Source of the DNA: Paraphysomonas bandaiensis
Taxonomy: Eukaryota > Protista > Chrysophyceae
Assembly (NCBI GenBank): GCA_965644295.1
Contig: CBFFRP010000196.1
Location: 1 to 64,000 of the forward strand
Reading direction: 5' to 3'
Length of the DNA: 64,000 bases
Shown one piece after another: positions 26,098-39,773 of the stretch. The first letter of the stretch is position 1. Each line of letters opens with the position of its first letter. The notes beneath the pieces are model-generated. The model was not told the origin of the DNA. It worked only from the letters and a program-made list of their open reading frames with translations, and searched no databases. Both the position numbers and the translations under genes were made by a program.

Positions 26098-27800
26098 GAT
26101 TATGAATTGATGAGAATATGAAGTAAAGGTGAGTTGAAATGAAGAATTAATTGAGAATGTAGTATATGTTTAGGTCATATATATGTATTGATGGAATTGT
26201 GGGATGTATGAGTTTGTTATGTATGAAAATAGTCGTATCTAGACTCTATATAGACATACATACATACATACATATACATGAGATTACTTTGTATACCCCA
26301 CTTGAGGTATCTGCAGTGCAGTCGAGGCCGTATATAGGTACAGTACGTCATATACGTATATATTGAGATGTCTGGGTCGTACTGATTAGGGTGTCAATCC
26401 CTCCTTTTTATACAGAGTACATATAGAGGCGATCAGGCAAAAAATTAACCTTTTTTATTGTTTGTACATCAAAAAACAAAATACAACAAGAAAACTAGAC
26501 TTTTTTCCCAGGTGGACATTTCCATAAGCAGATTTCCTATAATGGATCTATATATTCGACATATTTGACTATATCTTGCTTTTAGGCCTATAAAATTAGT
26601 AATATTTAGCCAAAAAACATCAAAAAACTCAATATCTTGAAAGGCAAGTAAGTCCGTTAAGTCTATCGACAATGCAATGGATACAATGCATGTTTCACTA
26701 CTCAATATGCATCAGCTTCGCTCTATCAAAGGTTCAGATACCACTCTTAGTTATGTCATTTAAGTCCAAAGATTAGATTATAGAGTACTGGTATACCTGA
26801 TCCTTACATACACGTATTAGTATACACAGCACATGTATGCATGTATGTATGCATTGCCCATTGATTACATATATATATATGAACCCACACACTCGCCCAC
26901 GCTATACCTCTATTCTTATATATACCTCTTCCACAAAACTGCAAAAAAACTTCTTGTAGTCTGAATTGCTTCATCATATCTGTCCCTTACAAGAAATATC
27001 TGATTGTAAAGATCTGATTGGACACAACTATCTTATTGATCAATCTACGAAAGTTTACGAACAAGATGTGTTTCATTATATAACTACGTATTGGCGAACT
27101 ACTCTCGATAATCGTCTTCGTCATTCAATTCTCTCTTTCCATAGTTACTACCAGTTCAACCGTCCAGATGATATTTCTCTATTCGTATTCTACTTTTTAG
27201 TTTCTACAACTCTCTTTTTTCTAATTGAGTCAAATGAGTATCTTGTTATCGATAATACAAAGATACTGTGAAACTTTGTGTTTCTCCATGCGCAACCACT
27301 ACGTTCGTTACCGATATCCTAAATGGTTGTCGATCTCCGGTATATATATCCCTTTTCCTCCCTCCAGCAGCTCTTCTTCTGGATTTACACTGTGTCTTGT
27401 ATTATTACTTGATCTACACTTAGGATGAATATCAATAGTTTAGTGTCTGCATATTTAATGTATTAACAGATTCATGTTACATGCATATTTTTACGTGATT
27501 AGCCCTTCAAAAATAAAAATATTATAGTTTATGTGTAAATAAGTAAATACATGTCCCTTAGTGTTGCTATATATTGCTTGTTCATTGATGAAAGCGCCTT
27601 GGTTCAGCCGTTATTGATGCAAAGCTTAAACAGGGAGTCAATAATTGGACTCATGTGGTTTTCTAGGGGTGATTTTTGGTTTATGTCCAAAACTGAAGAA
27701 TACAGTGGATAAATGTTGTATTAAGAAACTCATATGAAATAGATTAGATTATCGGATATCTGATACTTGGTAATTGTATAAAGTATCAGATCAACATAGA

Positions 27801-28055
27801 CAGGGCTGCGTAGCAATCTATTAAACGCAGGTTGTAGTCAACGAGAATTGCAATTATAACTTGCTGTCCCAATTATTATAATTTCAATTAATTGATACTA
27901 AACTACGTATTATAGTAGCTATATATTAGCTGCTAACATAGCTTGGTCAACTGTAATTTTATTCGAGAGGCAACGATTTATGTGTAAAAACATAATTAAC
28001 ACTAAACACCCCCAACAATAATATTCTTGCGGAAATCAGTCATAACAATCTTAGT
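27801..28055 (-). repeat. Interspersed repeat family R3 copy
   Basis: Begins CAGGGCTGCGTA and is an inverted match to 1515..1741. Confidence 0.7.
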
Positions 28056-28786
28056 TCTACTGAATAAAATTCAACTTTATTGCAAGGGGCTTCTTCTCTT
28101 CGAGAGTTTCCAATTACAACCCGTTCGGGTTGTAATCATCTCTCCTTGCTAATTTAACTTTATAACTTATTATTAATAACTTAATTACTTGGAAGGAGGA
28201 GCCATTCCTCCTTGTTTTTTTTATTGTTGCAACAAGTGATACCTGCTGCGGTATCGAATACACTTGTTAAAATTGGATTTTCTCAACACAAATTTCTTTT
28301 TTATAGCAACTTGTCTGAGTCAAATTGATGTTATTTTTTTGAAACTATGATTAATACTGGACAAATAATTAAGATCAATTAGTTGAATTGAAGCTCTGTG
28401 AGATTGTAAATATTGATTGATTCAATAACTGTAAAAATTGTAAATTATTGATTGGATGTAGCGCAGTTAACAATGTAGCTAGTGAACATGAATGATAAGG
28501 GAAGCTTATCACGATCTTAATTAATTGAGTACAGTGATTACTGAATTTACTTTTCATAATATCAAAAAATTGATCATGCCAATTCTCACACCGGAATATA
28601 TTTTAAGATTTCGTATTTTAAGTATTTCACTGTTTAATATGTCTCCGGCATTTTTTAAGTGAAAGTGCAACATTACTATATTTGTTTCGTATTGACCAAT
28701 GTACCTTGAACACCGCAACTTTTCCTATACTACTCAAGCAGCTCTCTACAGGATATTAACCAGTTATTTAGTGGAACACACAGTTC

Positions 28787-30708
28787 CTACGCCCACGCAG
28801 ATATCGGCTTCCTGAATACCACACACCTAAGATACACCCAAACAGATTGTACATACTGACCTTTGCCCGTTCGCTGACGACCCACGCATGCGGAGGCGAT
28901 GGTGTACCCGGCTATGGAACAATGGGTCACATTTAATCGTCTTCAATTCCACCTTATTTAGACTCTTTTCGATTTCGTTCATGGTCTCTCTTGGTTGCCC
29001 ATCGGTCTCGATTTGTTCCAACAAAGCAGCACCATACTGTTTTTGTTTCTCCAGTTCCGCCCTACGCCGTTCAGCAATAGCCCTGACATGCTCTTCACCC
29101 TCTCGACGATATTTCTCTGCATACTCGACATCTTTCTTCCGCTCCTCCTCTTGAATTCGTGCTTTCTCCTCGATAATTTCAAGATTCTGCTTTGCCATAA
29201 GTCGATCGCGTTCAACTTTAGCAGCAATATCTCTCTCCTCCCTCTCTTTATCACGTTGCTCCTTTGCTAATTGCTCCTTAAGCAGTAGCTCTTCGAACCT
29301 CTGCTCTTCCTCCCTTTTCCCCTTTCCAGCAGGACCCTCATCGGCCCACTTTGCAAACTTTTCGAGGGTTTCCATCCTCTTCTGAAAAGCAGCCTCTCTG
29401 GCTCTCTCTTCGGCATCAAGGCGGTCTGCATACTCCTTTGCAAGTCGTCTATCTTCTTCATGTTCCCTCTGGCGAGCTTCCTCCCGGCGACGTTCGTTCT
29501 CTTCATTTTCTTTGACGATTGCTCTGTGCATCTCTGCTTCTCGCTCTTTCTTTTCTCGTAAAAGCTGTTTCTCTCTCTCGATGTTTTCAGCTATTCGCTG
29601 TAGTTCTTGCCTCTCGGCTTTGAGAAGCATTTCCTTTTCATGCTCACGAGCTTCTCTGTCCGCGGCAATCTGCCTTTCCCATGCCAACCTCTCACGTTCA
29701 TATCTCTCGTGTCTTTTTTTAAGGGAAGCGGCAGCTTCCTCCCTAAACTTTTCCACGTCTTCATCTACTCGCTTCACAAAATCTGCATCTTCCTGTCTCT
29801 CAGCTTTGCGACGCTCTTGAGTTTCTTTCATCTGCTTTTCCAACGCCTCTCTTTGTGACTTCTGTCTCGCCAGGCGTCGCTTTTCCTCTTCCTCTGCCTT
29901 GCGTGCGGCATCCATACTTTGGAAGAGCTGGAGGGCTTCCCACTCCGTTCCAAATGGAAGCGGGGTTGCACAGCGCTCTCCAACGCAGCCTGCACATCCA
30001 CATCGGCAAGTTCCTCGACCCGTTTGCCGTCCTCCCGACATGAGCTCGCTCTCTACCTCAGGACCGACCTATTTCATATATCATGCGAATGAATAGAAAC
30101 CATAGAGTCTTACAGAGTTTAAATTAAGAGGGGGTGGACCACGAGCAGAATTTCGAGGAGTTTTCTTCGGGATGTCTTGTCGAACAGCTGCTTCCAAGTC
30201 AAGCAAATCTTGGGCATTTATGTGTAACTTGGTTGAGACAAAATCGTCAACGTGTTTAACAATTATAGGCTTTCTCTTCCTACAATGCTGTATTAGTTTT
30301 CATTTCAGTTCAAAATGAGTAATAACGTACTGTCCAAACTTTTGAATGAGTTTCTGTACAAGAACGCAATGTAGTTTATTTTTGGCTGCCCGGATCTCTT
30401 CCTTCTTCTTCAATCTCTCTAAGTGTTTCTTTTTCTTATCCTTCAAATATTCATCAAATAATTAAGAAGGTCCATAATCGAGTCACATATACACATACCG
30501 TCATATATACGGGATGATTAGGACCATTATGTGTGCAAAATTTGGAGTGTTTACGTTCAGGTACATTACACGCCTTAATATGCTCTGGAGGTCTAATATG
30601 TTTCATTCTTAAAGGGCTAGCTAGAGGCAGCCGACTACTTGTTGGCTGACTTGCCGATTTTGGTCGTTGTGTCGAATTAGCAGACTGAGGTCTTCGAGGT
30701 GTAGTCAT
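28787..30708 (-). CDS. Trichohyalin-plectin-homology-like E/R/K-rich coiled-coil protein (cilia-associated type), multi-exon
   Basis: ORF 28827..30041 is a highly charged alpha-helix. The upstream ORF 30454..30708 and intervening exons are bounded by GT-AG. A probable short last exon ends at 28787. Confidence 0.7.
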
Positions 30709-31464
30709 ATTTATTTAGTGTTCGTATGTCGAATTGCTGAGTTTCAATACAGAGTTTAATTGATCTTCAAGATGCCACAGAGCATATCGTGGAACACTGA
30801 ATTACAATATAATACAATATATATATATATCAATCTTATAGCTAAATACTTAGCAGTAAGAGGAGATATATAGCTATGTAATAATGATGAGATGGTGTTT
30901 CCTAATGTCTCTATTGGTTTCTAATTCAGCGAAAATGTGTGCAATGGTTGCTACTTGTGTATGTATGTATGTGTAGATGCAGCTATGTGATCATTAGAAC
31001 TGTAACGGTTTTTTTCTAACGTCTCCTTTTAGGTCCATTCACAGAATACGCTTGTAGTATACGTATATTACGTATTCTATATATGGGTATACAGCAGCAG
31101 TATATGGGTATATGCTGGTGATAAGTACTGAGAATACGGTTTTGTAGTTTGTGGACTACAGGGTCAATATATACAGTACTGCAGACTGTAGATCACCATA
31201 CGGTAGGGACATACAGCTGGATATTCTGAATTGCAGTTTTTGCGTATATAAAAATACAGCACACATGTCTGTATGTGCAGCATACGGCACCTTGTACAGT
31301 ACAGAGTACATACATGGCACACATATAGCATACACACATACACATAGAGCAGCACTATACATACACAGCAATAGGAGTATATGCCTACTATGTAAACACA
31401 GCATATACCACACTCATATTCACATACATAACCCTCATTCATATACATTAACAATCAAATAACA

Positions 31465-32066
31465 ATGAAGTTCTTTATGATGATAACTATTGCAACTGTA
31501 TGCATCATGAGCATACTTGGATGTGAATTTGAAGGATGTGATCATGTATGTAAACATTTACATATACATACATATACTCACATATATATTAACGTATTAA
31601 CGGTATTATATATATATAGGTTGATATGGGCAGTTGTGGTACAGCATGTTGTCGTTTATCTATCTTCATTGATGGTGAAACATCAACAGAGGTCATGAAT
31701 AAACTAAATTCATCACTTGTACTTGGAGGTCCTGATAAACTATACATTCCTATGATGACTGCTGAAGGAACTCTTACATTTGGTGATCTCCGACCATTTG
31801 ATAAGCCTGTTGATTTCATTGGTCAGGCATGGCATACTACAGCCAATCTTGTGTACAATGATACTGTCAATATCCTCTTGACATCCACAGATGCTGGAAC
31901 AGATGTGTATGCATTCTCTATTTCACAGATTGCGGGTGCATATTCTGATGAAGGACAAAACTATTTCAACATCGTTCAGCTCTTTGACTCGGTTAAATGG
32001 AATGCCGGTAGCTACAAGTTGTCCCAGTACGACGATTCATGTCCTCCCCCAAGTAACAAGAAGTAA
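31465..32066 (+). CDS. Small secreted Cys-containing protein, DUF1499-like C-terminal motif
   Basis: Signal peptide exon 31465..31545, intron gtatgt...tatag, and exon 2 from 31620 in frame. Motif HTT...YNDTV...SISQ...DEGQNYFNI. Confidence 0.7.
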
Positions 32067-33535
32067 TGGGATACATCAGCAATTGCATATCAGCTGCATG
32101 GTGTCATGTGGTCATGACAAGAAGTAATGCTGTTATCTGCATTTCACTATAAGTTTAATTAATTACAAAGCTTGTCGCACTATAGCACTAAATACTAACT
32201 CGTGCGCTATTATTATTATTCATTTGGATATCACAGGAAGATGTATAAAACAAATTCTGTAGGGTAGGGTAGACATTTGCTGGATTATTTGAAAAACTAG
32301 CAAAACTTTTATGTAGTGATAAGATGGTTACGTGATATTGGTGTCCTAGAGCTCAATATGTTCTCTACACTATAAGTCAGTTTCTTTGCTTTCTTATGCC
32401 TTCTTCTATTGTTGCAGTTGTATATCTCTAGTATACCATTACTACAAAAATGCAGACTACCTACCAGTGATAATATCAATGTACGTAGCAGGATTTCATG
32501 ATAATTACTGAGAGGGAGGTATCCAACAATAACAGTTACAACTATTTATCAAGCATCCAATTATTGGCAATTGGTTTCCATCATATATATTGCTTTCGAT
32601 TAAGTTTCTGAATTCTGAACTGCATATCATCCCAAAGATGCCTACTCACATCCAGAAACATATACATTTCAAGCAAAACCCAGTCACAACAAGCTCTTGC
32701 AAACATTGGTAGTGCTATACGAATGCTTTTTATAGCGATAATGTGCTGGCAGACTGGTGCGTGTTTTCTTTAGCTTTCGGTTGTCTTCAAGTAAACGAAT
32801 TGCCTCGTCCTTTTAATCTTTTCTTTTTCGAATTAAGTCACCTTTTTCTGCAGGTACATTTATCGAAAAGCGTCACACTATTAACTTTTGGATGGGTAAA
32901 CTTAAAAAACTAACTTTGATCTCACTCAATTTACATCGCTTATCATGCATTATTATTCACGACAACTCTCCACTACTAATCAATACAGAAAATGGTTTGT
33001 ACCTAATCAGTAGATATACAGCTCCCTATATAATTAAGCTACTAGCCAACTAATTGCAATCAATTGACAGCATTTACCCAAAATAACAACTGCTTTTTAT
33101 CACAATATAAACCAATTAGTTGTTAGGCGGCCTGCTATGTAGAAGTTGGTTGCATTGTAATACTTGATTTCATGTCGTATGCAGTCATATTTAGATGTTT
33201 AGAAGCAGTAGTGTTCAAGTTTTACTGCGGTCGACACGCACACAACAACTACAGAATCATGCGATAAATAGACTAAAAGATAAATCCTAAAGAAAGTTTC
33301 AAGATTTGTTTATAAAATACCAATACGTACAAAGTAGAAATTTTTAAATCCCTCTTCACATTCTTCTGTTATTGCCTTGTGAATGAAAAGAATTGATACA
33401 AGGTACTACCACATAGTGATAAGAGTGATCATCACCTCATAATACACTTGTACATGGCATCTCACATGCAAACACAGTTCGGTCTAGTACTACAACTCTT
33501 AAAAGCAAAATCAGATCAGGCTAGACATATATATA

Positions 33536-34630
33536 TCAGGGACACTTTGCTAACCGACTCTTGAGTTCAGTTAATACATCAGGGCGAGGAGTTGTATTGA
33601 TGCCATACTTTTTGCATCTCTCGTAAAAAATCGCTCTTGCCTCGGTGTGCAGCTCTATTTCCGCGGAATCATACCAACCGGCTTTCAACAGGTCACATAC
33701 TAACTGGTTATGAATTTCCGTAGTGTGTTTGGGATTATTCCTCACCCATTCCAGTTGGTATCCCTCAGGTACAAACCCCCTACCGTACATTGCGTAGAAC
33801 AGCTTCTTGGTTGCGTTGGGGTCTTCAGTTAGACCGAAGAAAGCAAAGTCATGCCGAAGGCGTCGCTTGGCTTCAGCAATGTCTTCCTTATTCAAACTAA
33901 CTATCTCCCCACAAAGATGACCCATCACCATTTTCGTTTGGCAGGACTGAATACCACTCATATTGGCATATGTCGCTATAGGGCGATCAGAATTCAATAT
34001 TACGTCATGAATACGAACTCCACTCTCTCCTTGGCGGCCTGCAAAGCCATACGGCAACATCCCACCTTTGCTAAATAAAAATGCAGACACTATCCTGTCA
34101 AGTGGATTTCGAATCATCGTGACTAACGTGTGGTTTAGAGATATCATACGATTATACGCATATGACTTATACGGAAAGTGGAACCCCCAGCATCCGTGTG
34201 AGCAGGCCGCTACAAATTCTTTTTCACAGCTGTTTACTTCTATCGGAAAATGTCTTGTAAAGTTTTGAAGTGCTGACCTATAGCCACCCATATTCGTTGG
34301 AGAGTACATGGCTGATATTTTGGAGCACCCCCAATTCAGTAGAAAAGATCCCATCCAGGAAGATGTCTATGAAATATTTCACAAATACTTCAACACAATG
34401 ACGACTATTGCTACCTTTTGAATATGCATCCAGAAAACAGAGTGTAAGTGGGTGTCGTTATTCGCCTGTCCTCCTTTGTATAACGACTTCATATTCTGTT
34501 GTGAATTGTGTCCGTCGCCTAATAACAGTCGTAGATCTTTATCTATGATATCATAGGCAGAAAAGTGCATTGATATGCACACATTATGAACAACACAAAC
34601 ATAAAATATAATTAACACTGTAATCCGCAT
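33536..34630 (-). CDS. Golgi-type sulfotransferase (Sulfotransfer_2-like), 2 exons
   Basis: N-terminal anchor, 5'-PSB motif FWMHIQK|TSS across the intron, 3'-PB motif TMIRNPLDRIVSAF, and FAFFGLTE. Confidence 0.85.
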
Positions 34631-35662
34631 AGTTTGACATTATAATGATATGATGTTTCATAAATAGATCATGAAGATCAGGTCAATTATTCACAGCATA
34701 TATAAATAATTCTTATAATCATAACTAGTTGATAGTGTAACACCTCGCTAGTAACACTCTCTATACAGTTAAAGTGTTACTAGAGAGGTGTAACTGAGAG
34801 GTGTTAGTAGAGGAGTGCTAGTAGAGGAGTGCTAGTAGAGAGATGTTACTACTAAAAAACATGGATAATAAAATATTATTTATATATATATGTGTGTATG
34901 TATGTATATGTGTGTATGTGTATATGTATGTGTGTATGTGTATGTGTATATGCATATGTGTGTATATATACGTATGTGTTATATGATATAGTCGTATAGT
35001 AGGTTAATAATAGTGCAGATATATTATGATTCATGATACTCGTGACTTGATTGATGATTTGGAGTGTAATAGTGTGTATAATGGAGGTCATGTGACAGTA
35101 TGGTGCATCTTAAGGTATGTATATATATAGAGATACTGTATGTCCTATACACGTACAAGATCATATATATAATACCTATTTTGGATCTATAGAGTGAATA
35201 TCCATATTTTATAGACATGAAATCCAATTTTTTAATTCCTATTTTTGGCTTTTTATAGATTTTTAGTACTTGAATATACTAAAATCTGTACTAATATAAT
35301 GTACTATCGCACAGTCGTACAGTATATGCTATCTACAAGTACAGGAAATCCAGCAGTTAAGTCTCATAGTTTTTCAAATAATCCATATACAAAACTAGAA
35401 TACCCAAAAAATTCATATATAAAAATCCGTATATAAAACTTCATATATAAAAATCCATATACGATCGTATTATTGAATTCTATATACAGTGTACATGTAT
35501 ATTTAAACTCATCTCATTAATTTAACAGTCTTATCACAGTCTCATAGATCACATACCCTCCTATATCCTCCTATATCCTCCTATATCCTCCTATATCCTC
35601 CTATATATCTTCAATTAAACATCTTCATATTCATTTTTATATAATTTTATAACTATTTCATT

Positions 35663-38600
35663 ATGGATTTTGAAATTGAAGATGATGATCCATATAACTT
35701 TGAAAGCAATTGGTCGAAACCATCTAAAACTGGATATTTTGGATTTAATGGAGGAGAGAATCATGGTGAAGATATTTATGATTATGATTTTGGTAATAAT
35801 TTAGATGAAGAAACACATTATACATCATCATCATCACCTACTCATACAATGAATTCAAAGAAGAAGAAAACTGAAACTCAATCATTACAAAATAATCAAA
35901 TGAAAGCATCTAAAGCATCTAAAGCGTCTCCATCATATGATAATGCTTTAGAAAGAGCACAGAATATGTTAAGTAAATATTCTTCAAAGGGACCTGCTAA
36001 GAAAGCTCCATCAGTAAAGAAATATCAGGAAACAGATTTCGATGAAGATGACATTAGCCTCAATTCAGATGATATGTCTGGTGATGGATTCCCAGAATCT
36101 CCTGGTGGTCTTGGAACTGATACAGTGTATAAACCAAGATTATCTAAGGATTCCATTAAATCGAAGAAAACACAGCTCAAAGACCAGGTTAGTATTCACA
36201 ATTCCACGTTCTACATGTAGCTAATTAGTACTTTGTTCTGATACAGGAGGAGGAAGGTGATTTTTCTTAATGTTTTCTCCTGTAATTTGGCCTGAACATA
36301 CAATGCAGTGTTGCAGCGTGGTTTTGATCTGGAGAATGATGATGATGATGACTTGGTGTGTATTCCCATTGTGCATTTTGATGTACCTTCTGATGATGTG
36401 TGTAGAACATAGATGATGGTATTGAGCATGTTACCACTGGCCCTTCTCTATATGGAGAGCTGGCGCCGGAATCATCTCGTATGGGCCATGGTCATAATGA
36501 GAGCATTGTGGAAGGCGATGATGACGATGATGACTACAGGTACGTGTATTACACCAAGATGTAGTCCACCGAATGTTACTGATGCCTTATTTGTGACAAC
36601 TTGTATTAATATCGAATCTAGCAAGGATAACTTCGACGACTCCGTCTCGCAAGATCTGGGTGGCCATGGTGGGGGACTTGTGCGGGGGTCTAGTGTATTG
36701 AGCGAATCTGGAGTCGTGGAAGAACCGGATATAGAGGATGTACCTGAGAGTGCTGAAGAAGATGTCGGTCATAGTCAACCCAAGATATTTCACTTCTCAG
36801 GTGATGATGTATGTTTGATAGCTAACACGGCTGATATGAATGCGAAGATCTATTGGCTGTGGCGGGGGACGATGGAGAGCAGCCTGCAGACGAAGCTGGT
36901 GAATCGTTAGAGGAGTCAGTTGCATACGGGATGTCGTTCGATGCGGAGGACGGTACGCACTCACTTTTTGCACATTAGGATAAATTTATTGGCCTGAATA
37001 TGCTGTGTAGATGAACCGAAAGATGTTACTGCAAGGAGTGAAGCACCACACGACCCGGTTACACAGCCACCAATGGTCAACGCCGTTGACACTGCAGCAT
37101 TGCATCTAGGTAAGAGTGATGCTGCTCCTCCCGCCAAGCCGGCCGTCGTGGAAAGCCCAACTGCATTACCAGATAAAGTTAGTGTTGCTAAAGTCCCAGT
37201 CACAGAGAAGCAGCCTGTCTCCCAAAGTGATCCGGCCGTGCAACAGCCACTTCGAGCCCTGAATAATGCTGCTCCAGTTGTAGTGCCGCAACTGGAGTCT
37301 CAGCCTTCTCATACGTCTACGTCGAGTACATCTGCTGGAAAAGCTAATGAGAAGGAGAATTTTAGGGTAAAGGTTGCATGGGAGCCTGAAAAGGCTGCTG
37401 TCGCTCCAACTGAACATACACCAAGTAATTTGTCCCAGCAACCGTCTCATACAACAACCATACCTCAGGCATCTACGTATCAGCCTTCTATACACACACA
37501 GCCCCCCTCGGAGACACGATCATTTTTACCACAAGGCATGCCAACCAGTGATAGACCTTCTCACCAGCCTCAATCCTTTTCACACATGAGTGTACCATCG
37601 CAGGCTTCTGCCTCGTGCGAAGTACCGCTGCAGGCATACGGACAACCCCCACAGCAATATCAGCAAACACAGCAGCATCCGCCGTGGCATCCAGACCCGG
37701 CACATCCACCTCCGAACGGACAACCTAATTCCCATGGAGTTCCTTATGGAACCCAGCAGCCACCCCCTCTCCCATCATACTACCAACAGCCACCTTTTCC
37801 ACAGTACCCCCACCAGTATCAGCAGCAATACCCACCAGTTCCGTATCCGATGTACAGCTCCTACCCCCCTCCGCATTACCCCCCGCAGGCTCCAGGCTAC
37901 CCCTATCCCTATCCTTATCCTCCATCGGGGACAACTAACGCCACCTATCCGTTTGCCCCTGCCAGGAACTCCTTGGACATGTCTAGAATATTCAGAGGCA
38001 CTATGGACAGTATGGCTGGTGGTGAATCTCCTAACGATACTATTGCAATGAAAGAGATACTGAAGGAGCTACAGGCCGCAAAAGTACGTCATTGTGTGTG
38101 TTTTAATATTTATTACTCACACTAATGACATATTTAGGAGGAAGCAGCATATGCTACGAAGAAGTTGGCTGATGTTATCTTAGAAATGCATAGAAGCAAA
38201 GAGACAAAGGAGTCTGCAAAAGTGGACAATATAGCTAGAAAATCCCCCCGTTCGAAGAGCCCAAAAGTTCCAAAAAAAAGTAGGGAGCGTTCTGTTTCAT
38301 TTGACGAGAGTGAGGAATATGAGGACGACGACGAGTTCTACTCTCATGACGATTTCGAAGAGGAATCATGTATTCATAGCTCAACCCCACAGGTAGGGCT
38401 ACGTGATCAATCTCTGTAAGATTTGACTGTGTGGTTGACACAGAAGCCTGTAAGACGTCCTTCTCATCAACAAAAAGAAAAAGTGAATTCTCCCCGACGA
38501 GAAAGGACTGCAACTGAAGGCGAGGGTGCTCCAACTGCTAATCCGATAAATTCGGAGGAGGGGTCCTTACATCCTCCGCGAGCCTCAGAGCGAGAGTCCA

Positions 38601-39135
38601 TAGACTTTGACTGGGTTTCAAAAGCTGGGCACGGAGAACGGCATGTTCGATATCCTCCGTCAGAATCGTATCTAAGGGATGGCTCGTCAAGCGTTGGTTC
38701 ACTTGCAGCCCGAAGAGACACCTTCGATAGCGTGCTGATGGCCAGTCAGGTATTTGTTCTCTCTTTTCTTTAGAGGGCTCATTGTATCATAGAGTTTGTT
38801 CCGACGTCAATTGTCGTCATTGCGAGATAAATTAGACATTATGAACTACACCACAGGAGACTTAAATTCGCGGCTCTCTGGAGGCTACGAGGGACGCCGG
38901 TCGTGGCTTCCCTCGGACCGAACTGGAGCTCGTACTCATCGTGATATTACCCGCTCCCTTCCAGAATTCAATGAGAGTCGCACCCAAGAGAGATTTGATG
39001 CGAAGAATAAACTTCGAGCAACGTTACTTCAGGTAAAAGTGCGCTTTTTCTTTCGCAAAATATTTCAATCATTTTTAGGTTGACCCGACATTGAGTGAAG
39101 ATGACGTATCAGCGCTGATGGCAAGATATAGTTGA
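35663..39135 (+). CDS. Multi-exon low-complexity (acidic, P/Q/Y-rich) protein of unknown function
   Basis: Chain of + strand ORFs (35663, 37073, 38165, 38423, 38796) separated by short GT-AG introns. The final exon VDPTLSEDDVSALMARYS ends at 39135. Confidence 0.7.
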
Positions 39136-39339
39136 GTTTTTATTTCCGCTCGCTGTCACTGATTAGGTTTCATCATGTATTATGGTCATTATTATACATA
39201 ATTGTTGTCTAAATTTATAGTAAGATTCAAGTAGTTACTGTGTCTATCGATATATATCTTTCATCACCTATGTTAGAATTGGACATTTCACTGAAGTTAA
39301 CTTTGCTCTACACGTAAACCTTAACCTTGCTATGTTGAA

Positions 39340-39680
39340 CACAATGCACTTTCAAGTAAGAAATTATAATTATTATTCTGAACACTTCACTACATATTCG
39401 TGTAACATCTGATGAAACATCTGTTCTCAGCAACATCTGTTTATCATATGTTCATTAGTCAATTCTATATCTTGTATAGGCACACATCAGTAAATGAATT
39501 TAATTCCTTTGTACCTATAACCACCCGTTACACCTATGGGTTGACTTCACCTATTGCACACTATTAACTCACTTCAATTGCACAGTATATATCACATCAT
39601 ATTGCAGAACTCAACAACCTATACACTAAGCGAAACTAGACTACGAAGTATCAGTTATGTTTGTATCACGTGCGAGTTTG
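39340..39680 (-). repeat. Interspersed repeat family R4 copy
   Basis: Inverted match to about 7150..7530. Confidence 0.6.
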
Positions 39681-39773
39681 AGCATAATATCAGGTTTGAA
39701 CAATCATTAATGATATGAAAAATATATCAGTACTGGTTTTACCATTAGTATGAAAAGTATTGTTACTAATTCT

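Noticed and set aside
26880-27428. Possible gene from ORFs 26966..27271 and 27225..27428
   Set aside because: No clear start, splice path or motif. It may be a pseudogene but cannot be supported.
32540-32585. 45-bp match to 62015..62058 within decayed coding-like sequence
   Set aside because: The similarity is real but too short to classify. It is probably another old repeat fragment.
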